DNA from: Chloroflexi bacterium RBG_16_48_8 | GTDB lineage: Bacteria > Chloroflexota > Anaerolineae > Anaerolineales > E44-bin32 | Reading direction: 5' to 3' | DNA: 31,738 bases | NCBI GenBank assembly: GCA_001795115.1 | Contig: MGNI01000093.1 | Location: 7,321-39,058, forward strand | In this document: positions 16,792 to 27,340 of the stretch, one piece after another | Position numbering within the stretch: position 1 is the first letter of the stretch | Layout of the letters: the number at the start of each line of letters is the position of its first letter | Made by a program: the position numbers and the translations under genes | Notes under the pieces: model-generated | The model's input: the letters and a program-made list of their open reading frames with translations, nothing else | Told to the model about the DNA's origin: nothing | The model's database searches: none

Positions 16792-18453
16792 CTAAAGGAT
16801 CGGGGGCGCTTCATATTCTCCCCAGATTTCTCGAAGTTGCGTACAAATTTCTCCCAAAGTGAGATGCCCTTCGATACACTCAATAAAACTTGGGATCAGG
16901 TTACCGTCTCCCCTGGCGGTTTCAGTGAGGTTATTGAGAAGTTGTTTGGCCTGATTCTCATTCCGTTGTGAACGAAAAACCATAAGTTGCTCCTTCTGGG
17001 AAGCTTCCACAACCGGATCGACTTTTAGAGGGGTGATGGTGATTTTTTCATCCGTCATGAAGTCATTCACACCTACGACAATTTCCTCGGCATTGTCAAT
17101 CGCCCTCTGCATCTGAAACGCCGATTCAGAAATCTCACGCTGGATAAATCCAATCTCGATGGCAGTTAACGCGCCACCGAGGTGATCAATTCTTTCGATA
17201 TATTCTAGCACGCCCGCCTCAATGGCATCTGTGAGTGATTCGATGGCATAAGACCCTGCCAGGGGGTCGATGGTATCTCCTACGCCCGTTTCGTGGGCGA
17301 TGATCTGCTGGGTGCGTAAAGCGATCCGAACTGCAGTTTCTGTGGGCAAGCCTAAGGCTTCATCCATACTGTTGGTGTGGAGAGATTGCGTGCCGCCGAA
17401 AACAGCAGATAATGCTTGGAGCGCCACACGGATGACATTGTTCTCGGGTTGCTGAGCGGTGAGGCTGGAGCCTGCGGTTTGGGTGTGGAATCGCAACCTC
17501 CAGGATCTCGGATCCTCGGCTCCGAAGCGATTTCGCATGATGTCAGCCCAAAGACGTCTGGCTGCTCGGAACTTTGCGATCTCTTCCAGGAAATTGCGAT
17601 CCGCGCTGAAGAAGAAAGCCAATCGGGGGGCAAAATCATCGATTTTGAGACCAGCCTTCAGTGCTGCTTCCACATAGGCGATGGCATTTGCGAAGGTGAA
17701 GGCGACCTCTTGAATGGCGCTCGCTCCTGCCTCACGAATATGGTAACCGGAGATGGAGATGATGTTCCAATGAGGGAGCTTTTCCTGGCAGTAGTGGAAA
17801 GTGTCGGTTACAAGGCGGATGGAGGGCTTAGGAGGGAAGATGTAGGTGCCTCGTGCGACATATTCCTTCAGAATATCATTTTGGATTGTACCGCGCAGCT
17901 CCTCGAGCTTCACTCCTTGGCGTTTTGCAACCGCGACATACATGGCTAAAAGGATAGCTGCAGGTGCATTGATGGTCATGCTTGTGGATACGCGATCTAA
18001 AGGGATCCCTTCGAAAAGCCGTGCCATGTCCTCGAATGATGAGAGGGACACTCCAACCCTGCCAACCTCGCCTTCAGCAAGGGGATGATCAGGATCTAAC
18101 CCGATTTGTGTGGGTAGGTCAAAAGCCACGGATAAACCTGTTTGCCCTTGCTCTAGAAGGTATCGGAAGCGCCGATTGGTCTCCTCAGCTGTAGCATATC
18201 CTGCATACTGTCGTATGGTCCATAACCGACCGCGATACATGGTCGGCTGGACTCCGCGCGTGAAGGGATACTCTCCCGGGAAGCCAAGTTTGTCGAGATA
18301 ATCAGGATCCGAATCAGTCGGTAGGTAACATCGCTTTATGGGAATCCCTGAGGACGTCTGGAAGGTTTTCTTGCGCTCTGGGAAACGTTTTAATAGATGG
18401 GATAAGGTCTTCTCTTCCCATTCCGCATAGGCATCCCCAATGGATTGTGTCAT
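16792..18453 (-). CDS. mcmA: Methylmalonyl-CoA mutase large (substrate-binding) subunit
   Basis: [63 protein letters not shown]. No B12-binding domain. Start ATG 18453 after GGAGTG. Confidence 0.92.
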   Translation of the reverse strand: MTQSIGDAYAEWEEKTLSHLLKRFPERKKTFQTSSGIPIKRCYLPTDSDPDYLDKLGFPGEYPFTRGVQPTMYRGRLWTIRQYAGYATAEETNRRFRYLLEQGQTGLSVAFDLPTQIGLDPDHPLAEGEVGRVGVSLSSFEDMARLFEGIPLDRVSTSMTINAPAAILLAMYVAVAKRQGVKLEELRGTIQNDILKEYVARGTYIFPPKPSIRLVTDTFHYCQEKLPHWNIISISGYHIREAGASAIQEVAFTFANAIAYVEAALKAGLKIDDFAPRLAFFFSADRNFLEEIAKFRAARRLWADIMRNRFGAEDPRSWRLRFHTQTAGSSLTAQQPENNVIRVALQALSAVFGGTQSLHTNSMDEALGLPTETAVRIALRTQQIIAHETGVGDTIDPLAGSYAIESLTDAIEAGVLEYIERIDHLGGALTAIEIGFIQREISESAFQMQRAIDNAEEIVVGVNDFMTDEKITITPLKVDPVVEASQKEQLMVFRSQRNENQAKQLLNNLTETARGDGNLIPSFIECIEGHLTLGEICTQLREIWGEYEAPPIL

Positions 18454-18458
18454 GCTGT

Positions 18459-19085
18459 TCACTCCGATGAAGAGTCACTCTGAAACCCGTCCTGAAGGCC
18501 CAGATCCTCAGGCACGATCTTTCCAACTTGTGAGAAAGCTTCAAATGTGGCATCCGTAAAGGGTAAATTGATTTTTCTCCTTATCCGTTCAAAGATCCCA
18601 AGGTAAGTAGAGGATAACCGAAGGTCCCATTTTAGATGCAAATCCCTGCAAGCTTGTCGTATGGACTCAATTGAAGGTCCTTCGATTTCTACAAAACTGC
18701 CGTAGGGTACTTCGTCCAGGACGACTTCCACTTGACCAAATTCAAAGGTTTCTCGGTACTTCTCGTAGATAAAGAAGACTTTGTAACCCAAGGCCTCCAG
18801 GAACATTTTTATTTTTTCACTATCGTCAACTTCGAGTTCGATTTCCAATCGTTCCAGAGTTCCTTGGATAGGCCGTTTGTATGTGAGGCGGATGCGACGG
18901 TCCTCCCGAATTCGCAGCACTTCACCACTTGCGGTTAATCTCCCATCGGGTGTGTCGAATCTCCAATTGCGTTCGAGGATGCGTTCATCAGTCAAATTCG
19001 CTCCAAGGGAGCTTAACTTTGTTCGCAATGGCTCCAAGTCACCCAGATAAAACTTAGCTTCAATTTCGATGTTCTTCGTATTCAT
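18459..19085 (-). CDS. CYTH / triphosphate tunnel metalloenzyme (class IV adenylate cyclase-like)
   Basis: EIEAKF (ExExK), [37 protein letters not shown]. Confidence 0.88.
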   Translation of the reverse strand: MNTKNIEIEAKFYLGDLEPLRTKLSSLGANLTDERILERNWRFDTPDGRLTASGEVLRIREDRRIRLTYKRPIQGTLERLEIELEVDDSEKIKMFLEALGYKVFFIYEKYRETFEFGQVEVVLDEVPYGSFVEIEGPSIESIRQACRDLHLKWDLRLSSTYLGIFERIRRKINLPFTDATFEAFSQVGKIVPEDLGLQDGFQSDSSSE

Positions 19086-19086
19086 T

Positions 19087-19584
19087 TCAGCCCACGGTCA
19101 GGAGGACTTGGTGATGCTCAACGTTATCCCCCGACTTGACTCTTAGACTTCGAATAATGCCATCCCGTGGGGATTTGAGTTCGTTTTGCATTTTCATTGA
19201 CTCAAGGATGATCATTCGATCCCCCCGGGCGACTTCTTGACCTTCTCTTACGCTTACGGAGATGATGAGACCGGGCATGGGCGATTTCAAATGAAACTCG
19301 CCCCGCTCGGTGAGTTGGGGTCCTGATGTTTGTCGTAATCTGCGTTGTCTTTCATCGTCAACGGATATCAAAAATAGTTGGCCCTGGAGGAGGACTTCTG
19401 AACCCTCCTCAGAGAGCTGAACCAAGGCCTCATAGGAGCGACCATTGATGAGAAGGGAATAGACAGGTTGACCGGCAATAGAACGAAAGTCGATGGCATA
19501 ACGTTCCCCATCTACGATGATTTCGTCTTCTCCGTTGATTTCGATCTCAACTTCCTGACCACCTAAGGAAGCAACATATTTCAT
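19087..19584 (-). CDS. accB: Biotin carboxyl carrier protein with N-terminal extension
   Basis: KSPMPGLII...ILESMKMQNELKSPRDG biotinyl-Lys motif (ESMKM variant of EAMKM). Confidence 0.9.
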   Translation of the reverse strand: MKYVASLGGQEVEIEINGEDEIIVDGERYAIDFRSIAGQPVYSLLINGRSYEALVQLSEEGSEVLLQGQLFLISVDDERQRRLRQTSGPQLTERGEFHLKSPMPGLIISVSVREGQEVARGDRMIILESMKMQNELKSPRDGIIRSLRVKSGDNVEHHQVLLTVG

Positions 19585-19639
19585 AAGAGTCTCCCTGTAT
19601 TAAGCGGAGGTTGTAGGACCCGCAAATCAAATCGAATTT

Positions 19640-21148
19640 TCAGCGGTTCACCCTTTCCCAGCGACCCAACCATTTCCAATTGCTGGTATCCCTTTCGGAT
19701 TTTCGGAAGATTTGGGAGGCCTTTTGATGATGGCGATGTTCAACCAATGTAGCCATGATGGCGGCTATTTTGGCTAATTCTTCTTTTCCTTCTTCGGAAT
19801 TGTTCATGGAAAATCGCTCTTCCACGAAGCGTGTATCAAATTGACCCGCCATAAATCGATGCGATGCAATAATGTTCTGGTGGAAGGGGATGTTGGTTTT
19901 AACACCCAGGATGCGATACTCTTCCAGTGCACGGCGCATACGTAGGATGGCTTCTCCCCGGGTTTCGCCCCAGCAGATCAGCTTTGAGATGAGGGAATCG
20001 TAAAAGGGTGAAATGGCAAAGCCGGCATAAATTCCAGTGTCCACCCGGATGCCCGGTCCAGTGGGAAGGATGCTTTGTGTGATTATCCCTGTGGAGGGAA
20101 GGAAAGAATTGTAGGGATCCTCTGCGTTAATGCGACATTCTATCGCCCATCCTTTCAATCGAATATCCTCTTGGCTGGAACGTAATTTACGACCTCGCGC
20201 AATACGAATCTGTTCTTTCACAATGTCGATCCCGGTAACCATTTCCGTAACGGGATGTTCAACCTGGAGACGAGTATTCATCTCAAGAAAATAAAACTTC
20301 TGATCCTTGTCGACAAGGAATTCAATTGTTCCTGCATTCAAGTAATCGACCGCTTGTGCGGCTTTGCAAGCGACCTCTCCCATCCTTTGTCTTAATTCCT
20401 CGTCCAAGAAGGGAGAGGGGGATTCTTCCAGTAATTTTTGATGTCTGCGTTGGAGAGAGCACTCACGTTCACCTAGATGGATGACGTTACCGTGTTCATC
20501 GGCTAAGATTTGGAACTCAATATGCCTAACATCTAACAGCAGCTTCTCTAAGTAAACATTTCCATCTCCAAAGGCTGCTTCAGCCTCTCGACGTGCGGCT
20601 GAGATGAGGTTGGGGAGTTCCTCAATATTTTGAACCTCCCTCATCCCTTTCCCTCCGCCTCCCGCTGTAGCTTTAATCAACAATGGAAATCCGATTTGAG
20701 GGGCGACAGCGATGATTTCCTCATCTGTGAGGTTTCCTTCGCCTTCGGTGCCTGGGACGACTGGAACACCAGCCGCGGTCACTGTCGCACGGGCGACAGC
20801 TTTATCGCCCATAGCAGTAATCGCGCTGGGTCGAGGCCCAATGAAGATCAAACCAGCTTCTTCTACCTGCAAGGCAAAGTCATCGCGCTCTGCAAGGAAA
20901 CCGTAGCCGGGGTGGATAGCCCCAGCACCGCAGGTTTTTGCGATCTGAATGATTTTGTCGCCTCTCAGGTAGGACTCGCGGGATGGAGAAGGACCTAAAT
21001 AGTAGGCTTCCTCCGCATAACGTACATGCAGGGATTCTCGATCCGCCTCTGAAAAAACGGCCACCGGGATTAAACCAAGCTCGCGGCAGGCGCGGATGAT
21101 CCGGACAGCAATTTCCCCACGATTGGCGATCAGGACTTTATTAAACAT
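19640..21148 (-). CDS. accC: Biotin carboxylase subunit of acyl-CoA carboxylase
   Basis: [70 protein letters not shown]. Confidence 0.95.
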   Translation of the reverse strand: MFNKVLIANRGEIAVRIIRACRELGLIPVAVFSEADRESLHVRYAEEAYYLGPSPSRESYLRGDKIIQIAKTCGAGAIHPGYGFLAERDDFALQVEEAGLIFIGPRPSAITAMGDKAVARATVTAAGVPVVPGTEGEGNLTDEEIIAVAPQIGFPLLIKATAGGGGKGMREVQNIEELPNLISAARREAEAAFGDGNVYLEKLLLDVRHIEFQILADEHGNVIHLGERECSLQRRHQKLLEESPSPFLDEELRQRMGEVACKAAQAVDYLNAGTIEFLVDKDQKFYFLEMNTRLQVEHPVTEMVTGIDIVKEQIRIARGRKLRSSQEDIRLKGWAIECRINAEDPYNSFLPSTGIITQSILPTGPGIRVDTGIYAGFAISPFYDSLISKLICWGETRGEAILRMRRALEEYRILGVKTNIPFHQNIIASHRFMAGQFDTRFVEERFSMNNSEEGKEELAKIAAIMATLVEHRHHQKASQIFRKSERDTSNWKWLGRWERVNR

Positions 21149-21974
21149 TTTCTCTCTCTGATCCAGTTGCCTTCAAGGAAGTCGATGGAGTGAGATTTTC
21201 TTGAAGAAATTGAATCATTCGATGATTGAATTCGTCGGCAATCTCTTGGGGAGGCATGTGACCAACCTCTGGGATGAGCCATAAAAAAGCCTCCCTGATT
21301 CCTTTAGCGATATCCTTGGCATGTTGGGGCGTGGCATGTTCATCTCTTTCCCCTTGAACCACAAAGGTAGGGCAAATCACACTTGCTAATTCCTTTATCA
21401 AATCGAGTGTCTGGGAGCCATGCTCGATCCAGCAATCGAGCCAGGATTGAACCAGGGTTTTTGCCCTTGAGCCATGCTCTCGTTCTAATGCTGTACTGAA
21501 CGGGGGTTCCTGTGAAGCCATCCGGATAAGCCGTAATCCTGTAACCATCTTGGGTTCCACATAGATGTGTGCAGCAATGAGTATTAGGTTTCGTATGAGT
21601 TTCGGGTGCCGTGCGGCCAGGATGATGGCTATCGTGCCTCCATCACTGTGCCCTATCAGTGAGGTCTGTTCGACTCCCAGAGTTCTAAGGAGCGATTCGG
21701 CTTCTTCAGCCTCATGATGGAGGAAATGAGCCTCAAAGGCAGGACGGGGGTCGGAGCGACCGTACCCCCAGCGATCATAGACCACAACATTGTATCCCTG
21801 TTCGACAAGCGTGGGGATCTGTCTCTTCCATGAGCGGATGGATCCGAGCCCGTGGTGCAAGAGTACAACGCTTGGGCCTGCTTCGGGACCGTAGCATTCC
21901 CAATAGTCGTCATGATCGTTAAGATTTGTGTGCCCGGTCAATCTCGGTGAAGGGCAGGTCGTTTTTTTTATCAT
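21141..21974 (-). CDS. Alpha/beta hydrolase (GHSDGG nucleophile elbow)
   Basis: [33 protein letters not shown]. Start uncertain; ATG 21974 lies just after the pccB stop. Confidence 0.85.
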   Translation of the reverse strand: MIKKTTCPSPRLTGHTNLNDHDDYWECYGPEAGPSVVLLHHGLGSIRSWKRQIPTLVEQGYNVVVYDRWGYGRSDPRPAFEAHFLHHEAEEAESLLRTLGVEQTSLIGHSDGGTIAIILAARHPKLIRNLILIAAHIYVEPKMVTGLRLIRMASQEPPFSTALEREHGSRAKTLVQSWLDCWIEHGSQTLDLIKELASVICPTFVVQGERDEHATPQHAKDIAKGIREAFLWLIPEVGHMPPQEIADEFNHRMIQFLQENLTPSTSLKATGSERENV

Positions 21975-21984
21975 GATGTTCTCA

Positions 21985-23535
21985 TCAGAGCGGGATGTTG
22001 CCATGTTTTTTCGCCGGGTTGCGATCACGTTTGTTGGAGAGCATTTCCAAGGCGTTGATCAACCTGGGGCGTGTCAGTCTTGGCTCGATGACATCGTCAA
22101 TATAGCCGCGCGAGGCAGCGATATATGGATTGGCGAATTTCTCTCGGTACTCAGCCACCAATTCCGCTCTTCGTTGATCAGGGTTTGGGGATTCCTCCAA
22201 TTCCTTTCGGAAGATGATGTTGACCGCACCTTCAGGTCCCATCACGGCTAGTTCGGCACTTGGCCAGGCTAAATTGAGATCGCCCCGAATATGCTTCGAG
22301 GACATAACATCGTAGGCACCACCATAGGCTTTGCGTGTGATGATGGTAATCTTGGGCACGGTTGCTTCACAAAATGCGTACAGGAGTTTGGCACCGTGTC
22401 GGATGATCCCATGATGTTCTTGAGATGTGCCCGGGAGGAAACCTGGCACATCCACGAAAGTGATGATGGGAATATTGAATGAGTCGCAAAATCGCACGAA
22501 GCGAGCAGCTTTATCAGAGGAATTGATGTCCAATACCCCGGCTAACACAGCTGGTTGGTTGGCTACAATCCCAACGCTATGCCCGCCCAAGCGTGCAAAC
22601 CCCACAACGATGTTAGGCGCGTAGTGTTCATGAATTTCGAAAAAAGCTCCGTTATCGACGATCATTCGGATGGCATCCCGTATCTCATATGGCTTACTTG
22701 GATCATCCGGCACGATGGTGTCTAACCTTTCTTCTGTTCGCAGCCGATCATCTGTTGTCGCAGCAAAGGGGGGATCCTCGAGATTGTTTTGGGGTAGGTA
22801 AGAGAGGAGGGTGCGGATCATGTACAGGCAGTCTGATTCATTATCCGCTACGTAATGGCATACTCCGGAAGTGCTTCCATGAACATCGGCACCACCCAAC
22901 TCTTCGAAATCCACCTCCTCATGTGTGACCGTTTTCACCACATCTGGTCCGGTGACGAACATATAAGAAGAGTTTCGGACCATGAAGATGAAGTCCGTCA
23001 GGGCTGGGGAATAAACAGCACCGCCTGCACAGGGACCCATCACAGCGCTGATCTGGGGGATAACACCGGAGGCCAAGGTATTGCGGAGGAAGATATCTGC
23101 ATAGGCGCCAAGTGAAACGACCCCCTCTTGAATCCTCGCGCCGCCCGAATCGTTCAAACCGATGATCGGTGCGCCATTTTTAAGGGCCATATCCATGATC
23201 TTGCATACCTTCTCGGCATGAACCTCACCTAAACTCCCACCGAATACAGTGAAATCCTGTGAAAAGACATAGATCAGGCGTCCGTCAATCGTCCCCCAAC
23301 CAGTGACAACACTATCACTGAGGACTTTCCGTTGATCAAGGTTAAAGTCATAGGTGCGATGGGTGACGAACATATCTGTTTCACGAAAAGAACCATTATC
23401 GAGTAATAGATCGATACGCTCCCGAGCTGTCAAGCGGCCGCGTTTGTGCTGGACTTCAATCCTTTCCGGGCCTCCTCCCAACACTGCCTCTTGACGCTTT
23501 TTTTGAAGTTGCTCGATTTTGGAGGAGTCACTCAT
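21985..23535 (-). CDS. pccB: Acyl-CoA (propionyl/methylmalonyl-CoA) carboxyltransferase beta subunit
   Basis: [69 protein letters not shown]. Confidence 0.95.
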   Translation of the reverse strand: MSDSSKIEQLQKKRQEAVLGGGPERIEVQHKRGRLTARERIDLLLDNGSFRETDMFVTHRTYDFNLDQRKVLSDSVVTGWGTIDGRLIYVFSQDFTVFGGSLGEVHAEKVCKIMDMALKNGAPIIGLNDSGGARIQEGVVSLGAYADIFLRNTLASGVIPQISAVMGPCAGGAVYSPALTDFIFMVRNSSYMFVTGPDVVKTVTHEEVDFEELGGADVHGSTSGVCHYVADNESDCLYMIRTLLSYLPQNNLEDPPFAATTDDRLRTEERLDTIVPDDPSKPYEIRDAIRMIVDNGAFFEIHEHYAPNIVVGFARLGGHSVGIVANQPAVLAGVLDINSSDKAARFVRFCDSFNIPIITFVDVPGFLPGTSQEHHGIIRHGAKLLYAFCEATVPKITIITRKAYGGAYDVMSSKHIRGDLNLAWPSAELAVMGPEGAVNIIFRKELEESPNPDQRRAELVAEYREKFANPYIAASRGYIDDVIEPRLTRPRLINALEMLSNKRDRNPAKKHGNIPL

Positions 23536-23939
23536 TTATTTTTCTCCTGGAAGGCTGCTTGCACGTCAGGTTTTCGCTGGCACCAATAAATGACACCCAG
23601 GGCAATCAATGATAGGAAGATCGATGCAGGCCAGGTGATCCGGCCATATTCAGAATGTACAAATTGAAGTCGATCCGCCCAATACCATACCACGAAGCAC
23701 AGACTTCCCCAACGAAGCAAGTGTAAGGCCCAAGAAAAGGTTCGGAATAACGCGTAGCTCAGGATTAAACCACCGAGCCCCCAAATGAGGCCAGTCAAAG
23801 ACATGTACCAGAGGGGAACCTGGATAGGTAAATCGGGCATGCGATAGCTCAAGAATAGACGGATGATGAAAAGGATTGAAAAAATTAACACTCCACATGC
23901 AAGCCAAGTTACGATGTGTGGGCGGGATTTAGATTTCAA
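23532..23939 (-). CDS. Small membrane protein (about 4 TM)
   Basis: Four hydrophobic segments; stop overlaps the pccB ATG and the start overlaps the upstream gene. Confidence 0.7.
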   Translation of the reverse strand: MKSKSRPHIVTWLACGVLIFSILFIIRLFLSYRMPDLPIQVPLWYMSLTGLIWGLGGLILSYALFRTFSWALHLLRWGSLCFVVWYWADRLQFVHSEYGRITWPASIFLSLIALGVIYWCQRKPDVQAAFQEKNK

Positions 23940-24960
23940 GGGTGATTTTTCCTAATTGTTTTCCTGCCGCAAGACGGATGTGGGCTTGAGCAGCCTCTTC
24001 CAGAGGATAATCTCGATCGAGGGCAGGTTTAAGTTTCCCTTCAAAAATCAGAGTCATCACCTCTTTGAAGTCGCGGATGGTGCCCATGGTGGATCCAATG
24101 ATGGTGAGGTGCTTTCCGAAAATGTAGCGATTATCGATCTCAAAAGTCGGTCCTGCTGTATTCCCAACAGTGAGGATGCGACCTCCTTTGCGAGCTGCAC
24201 GCATGCTCAATGGCATTGTGCCAGCTCCCACGTTATCCACAACAACGTCAACCCCTTGTTTTTCGGTCTCTAAATAGACTGTTTTCGACCAATTTTCGCT
24301 CTTAGAGCGGTCAATCAATACATCTGCGCCCAGGGAATCCGCGAATTCAAGTTTTTCTGAATTAGACCCAACAACAATCACCCTGGCGCCCACATGCTTC
24401 GCGATCTGAATGCTGGCATGGTTCACACCTCCGGAAGCCCCAACAACAAGAATAGTCTCATCCGCTTGAAGCCCTCCCCTGGTTATCAAAGAGTGCCATG
24501 CAGTGTGAAAAACCAATCCGGCTGCAGCCGCTGAACGAAAATCGAAGCCATCAGGAAGCTTAAGCAGGTTCCTGGATGGAACCACGACATATTCTGCATA
24601 GGTGCCTCTCTTACTCTCGCCAAGCAGATGCCAGTCTCGACATAGATTGTCCTTTCCGAATTGACATAAAGAACATCGACCACAACCGATGCTAGAGTTG
24701 ATGACAACCCGATCTCCCAGCTTGAATTCCGTTACACCTTCTCCTAGGGCTGAGATCTCTCCAGCGCCATCTGCTCCCAGAATGTGGGGGTATGCGAGTT
24801 TCAAACCCGGCCAGCCCTCTCGTGCCCATAAATCCGAACGATTCAGGGCGGAGGCTCTCAGCCTGACCTGAACTTCATCCGCATTGGGTTCTGGTGTATC
24901 CGTTTCTCCAACCTCGAGGACTTCTGGACCACCATGGGTGTAGAAGTAAACTGCTTTCAC
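23929..24960 (-). CDS. MDR-family oxidoreductase (structural Zn only; quinone/enoyl reductase-like)
   Basis: HGGPEVL, ALNRSD, PHILGADGAG, CGRCSLC...NLC, GASGGV, DVVVDNVG. Confidence 0.88.
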   Translation of the reverse strand: MKAVYFYTHGGPEVLEVGETDTPEPNADEVQVRLRASALNRSDLWAREGWPGLKLAYPHILGADGAGEISALGEGVTEFKLGDRVVINSSIGCGRCSLCQFGKDNLCRDWHLLGESKRGTYAEYVVVPSRNLLKLPDGFDFRSAAAAGLVFHTAWHSLITRGGLQADETILVVGASGGVNHASIQIAKHVGARVIVVGSNSEKLEFADSLGADVLIDRSKSENWSKTVYLETEKQGVDVVVDNVGAGTMPLSMRAARKGGRILTVGNTAGPTFEIDNRYIFGKHLTIIGSTMGTIRDFKEVMTLIFEGKLKPALDRDYPLEEAAQAHIRLAAGKQLGKITLEI

Positions 24961-25196
24961 GGGATCACCCTCATGAGTGAAATGAAATGGACGTGGATGG
25001 AGTTAGTTCCCATAGGTCTTTTTATTCATCAGCTATCAGTATCCATTATAGCTTGAGATGGTGGAATGAAGGAACTCCTGTGGTGCTGCACTGGGCGTCA
25101 AGAATAGCATGCTGACTTCTTAGGATGATGGGGATGAAGTGAATGTCCCTTCAACACCGGAAATGCATCCTTCAACGATTGGCGGAAGGGCATGGT

Positions 25197-27185
25197 TTAA
25201 TCGATCTGGTAGGCAGTGAAGAGGGTTAATATATCTCGTCCTTTTTTCACAACCGTTTTTCCACCAGGATAAGCTTTTTCCACAAGTTCCAATTCAGTCA
25301 ATCTTTCTGGCAGAAAGATATACACCGTAGGCTCATCGAGAATTTCGGTAGGCGGCTCAAGGATGGGCACAAAGACATCGTAACCCGTAACCGACGGCAC
25401 CAAATAGGGAAGGGTGGAGTGCGTATAGTAACCCATCCGGGGTGGACCGTAGAAGTAGACCTTGTGATACGAATCTAGATCCAGCAAGTAATCCGCAATA
25501 GCGTTGGCGGTTTCAGTGTTGTTATCGCTGAATTGGTTATTGCCAGAATAATCAACGAAGTAGAAGTAAAGATCGTATCCCATGGCTAGAAAGAGCAGGA
25601 ATCCTGGAATGAGGATTGGAAGAAGCCTGCGTAACGGTAAAAGGTCTCTCAACCATACGATCATAGCCCTTAATGGTAACACGATAACCAAGGATATAGC
25701 CGGGGCTACAAAGGTTAGGCGTTGAGAAGCGGGAGTGCTCTCGCTCAATGCGCTTATAGTGATGGCGCTGATGATCCACAATACAAGCCAATGGTATCGA
25801 GCATCTTTCATTCTTAGTAAAAGAAGCACAATCCCCAGTAAAAACAACACTGATGGGATCAGAAGAAGCATGGGGTGATTGGGCATATACCAATGGCGTA
25901 AATTGACATGTGTGAAAGCGAGAGCAGCTAATTTAAACTGCGATGTCAAGATAGCTAAAGCTGAATCGCCTGTATAGGCTATTTCTTGCTCAAGCCATGG
26001 ACCTAGAATAGAGACGCGGTTAAAGGGAGCAGTAAATTGATCTGGATACTTGAGGTAGTAGGCTGCAAGAGGAATGATTACAACGATTACGCCGAAAGAC
26101 AAAGAAACGAGCCCTGGGATCCGTTTCCGAAAAGCAGGCCAATCTTGGATAGCCAAAATCGTGATCCAAAGACCGAGCATGGCGAACACAACACGCATAC
26201 TTGTATAGAAGTATTGTCCCAATCCTAAGATAAGACCTGCCAGCAGAAATAAGGCGCTTGAACCATCTTTTTTGGGATGCTCGCTTTTCCATCCCCACCA
26301 AAGGAAACTAAAAAATAGGGTGATGAATAGTCCATCCCAGATGTTATTTAATCCGATACGACTGAAGTGAATGTGGAAATGAAAGGTTGCCATGAAAGCA
26401 CTGGCCATGAATGCGATCTTTCTGTCAAAGGCTATGCGCGCAAAAAAGTACATGGCCGGGATGGTCAAGGCGCCTGCGATCATGGAGGGTAGTCGGAGGG
26501 CGAAAATGGTTTGACCGAAGGAACGGATGGAAAGGGATAGGACAGCGAAGAACATGGCAGGGAAGGAAAACCAGCTTGTCCCGAAAATGTTATTTCTTCT
26601 GCCATCCACGAATTCGACCGCGCTTAAGCCCGCTGATCCCTCATCGCCTGTCAAGACCCAGGGAATTTGATCTAAGAGAATCCCACGTAGTAGGAAGGCA
26701 AAAATGGTGAGGGCAAGAATAATCCTTGTGTCGCCTCGAGACCAGCCTTCTAAGCGAGTTCGCTTGAGATGATCCCGGTGGCTGGAGAGCAGAAACAGGA
26801 TGGATACGATCCATGCAGTAAGGGCAATCGGTACAGATCTCATGAGGTTGCCATCACCGGCAGCTAGCCATGCGCTCAGGCTAAAGATGGGCGCGGACCA
26901 TAAGAGGTGAAAATCCGAAGGTTGCAGATGCAATCGATGACTGATAGCCCGAATTGGTTTATGAAACCAGGCCGGAAAGCCGCCCCGTGTAAAAGAGTGG
27001 GCTGTTAGGAGGAAGAGCATCATCCCCAAGGCGGTAAGCACATAGGCTTGCCACCGATCTTTCTCCAAGAGGATCTGGATTAAGGATTGTCCAAGGAACA
27101 CCAAGAAACCACTGATTAGCAGCAGAACCAGTTGTTCAGAGTTCTTCCCAAAATTTTCTTCTTGTTCTATTTCTTGCACCGACAT
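25197..27185 (-). CDS. GT-C fold membrane glycosyltransferase (GT39 / ArnT / PMT-like)
   Basis: Polytopic membrane protein; DEG motif after an early TM (TGDEGSAG), FALRLPS, HFHIHFSRIGLNN, GLGQYFY. Confidence 0.75.
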   Translation of the reverse strand: MSVQEIEQEENFGKNSEQLVLLLISGFLVFLGQSLIQILLEKDRWQAYVLTALGMMLFLLTAHSFTRGGFPAWFHKPIRAISHRLHLQPSDFHLLWSAPIFSLSAWLAAGDGNLMRSVPIALTAWIVSILFLLSSHRDHLKRTRLEGWSRGDTRIILALTIFAFLLRGILLDQIPWVLTGDEGSAGLSAVEFVDGRRNNIFGTSWFSFPAMFFAVLSLSIRSFGQTIFALRLPSMIAGALTIPAMYFFARIAFDRKIAFMASAFMATFHFHIHFSRIGLNNIWDGLFITLFFSFLWWGWKSEHPKKDGSSALFLLAGLILGLGQYFYTSMRVVFAMLGLWITILAIQDWPAFRKRIPGLVSLSFGVIVVIIPLAAYYLKYPDQFTAPFNRVSILGPWLEQEIAYTGDSALAILTSQFKLAALAFTHVNLRHWYMPNHPMLLLIPSVLFLLGIVLLLLRMKDARYHWLVLWIISAITISALSESTPASQRLTFVAPAISLVIVLPLRAMIVWLRDLLPLRRLLPILIPGFLLFLAMGYDLYFYFVDYSGNNQFSDNNTETANAIADYLLDLDSYHKVYFYGPPRMGYYTHSTLPYLVPSVTGYDVFVPILEPPTEILDEPTVYIFLPERLTELELVEKAYPGGKTVVKKGRDILTLFTAYQID

Positions 27186-27340
27186 GGATTACCTGTCCAA
27201 CAAATATCTATCACCGGCCTTTATACTCGAAGAGTGCAGTAGCGCAAGGGGAAGGTTCCATTGGAAGTCTCTCGAATGGAGCTATTAAATGATGCCCATT
27301 CCACTGCCCGAATAGGCAGAGTTCATCTTTTATTGAGATC

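Noticed and set aside
17416-17949. 177-aa plus-strand ORF
   Set aside because: Antisense shadow of the methylmalonyl-CoA mutase.
24973-25056. 27-aa plus-strand ORF (MSEMKWTWMELVPIGLFIHQLSVSIIA) in the intergenic gap
   Set aside because: No RBS, and it is antisense to the MDR promoter region; no support.
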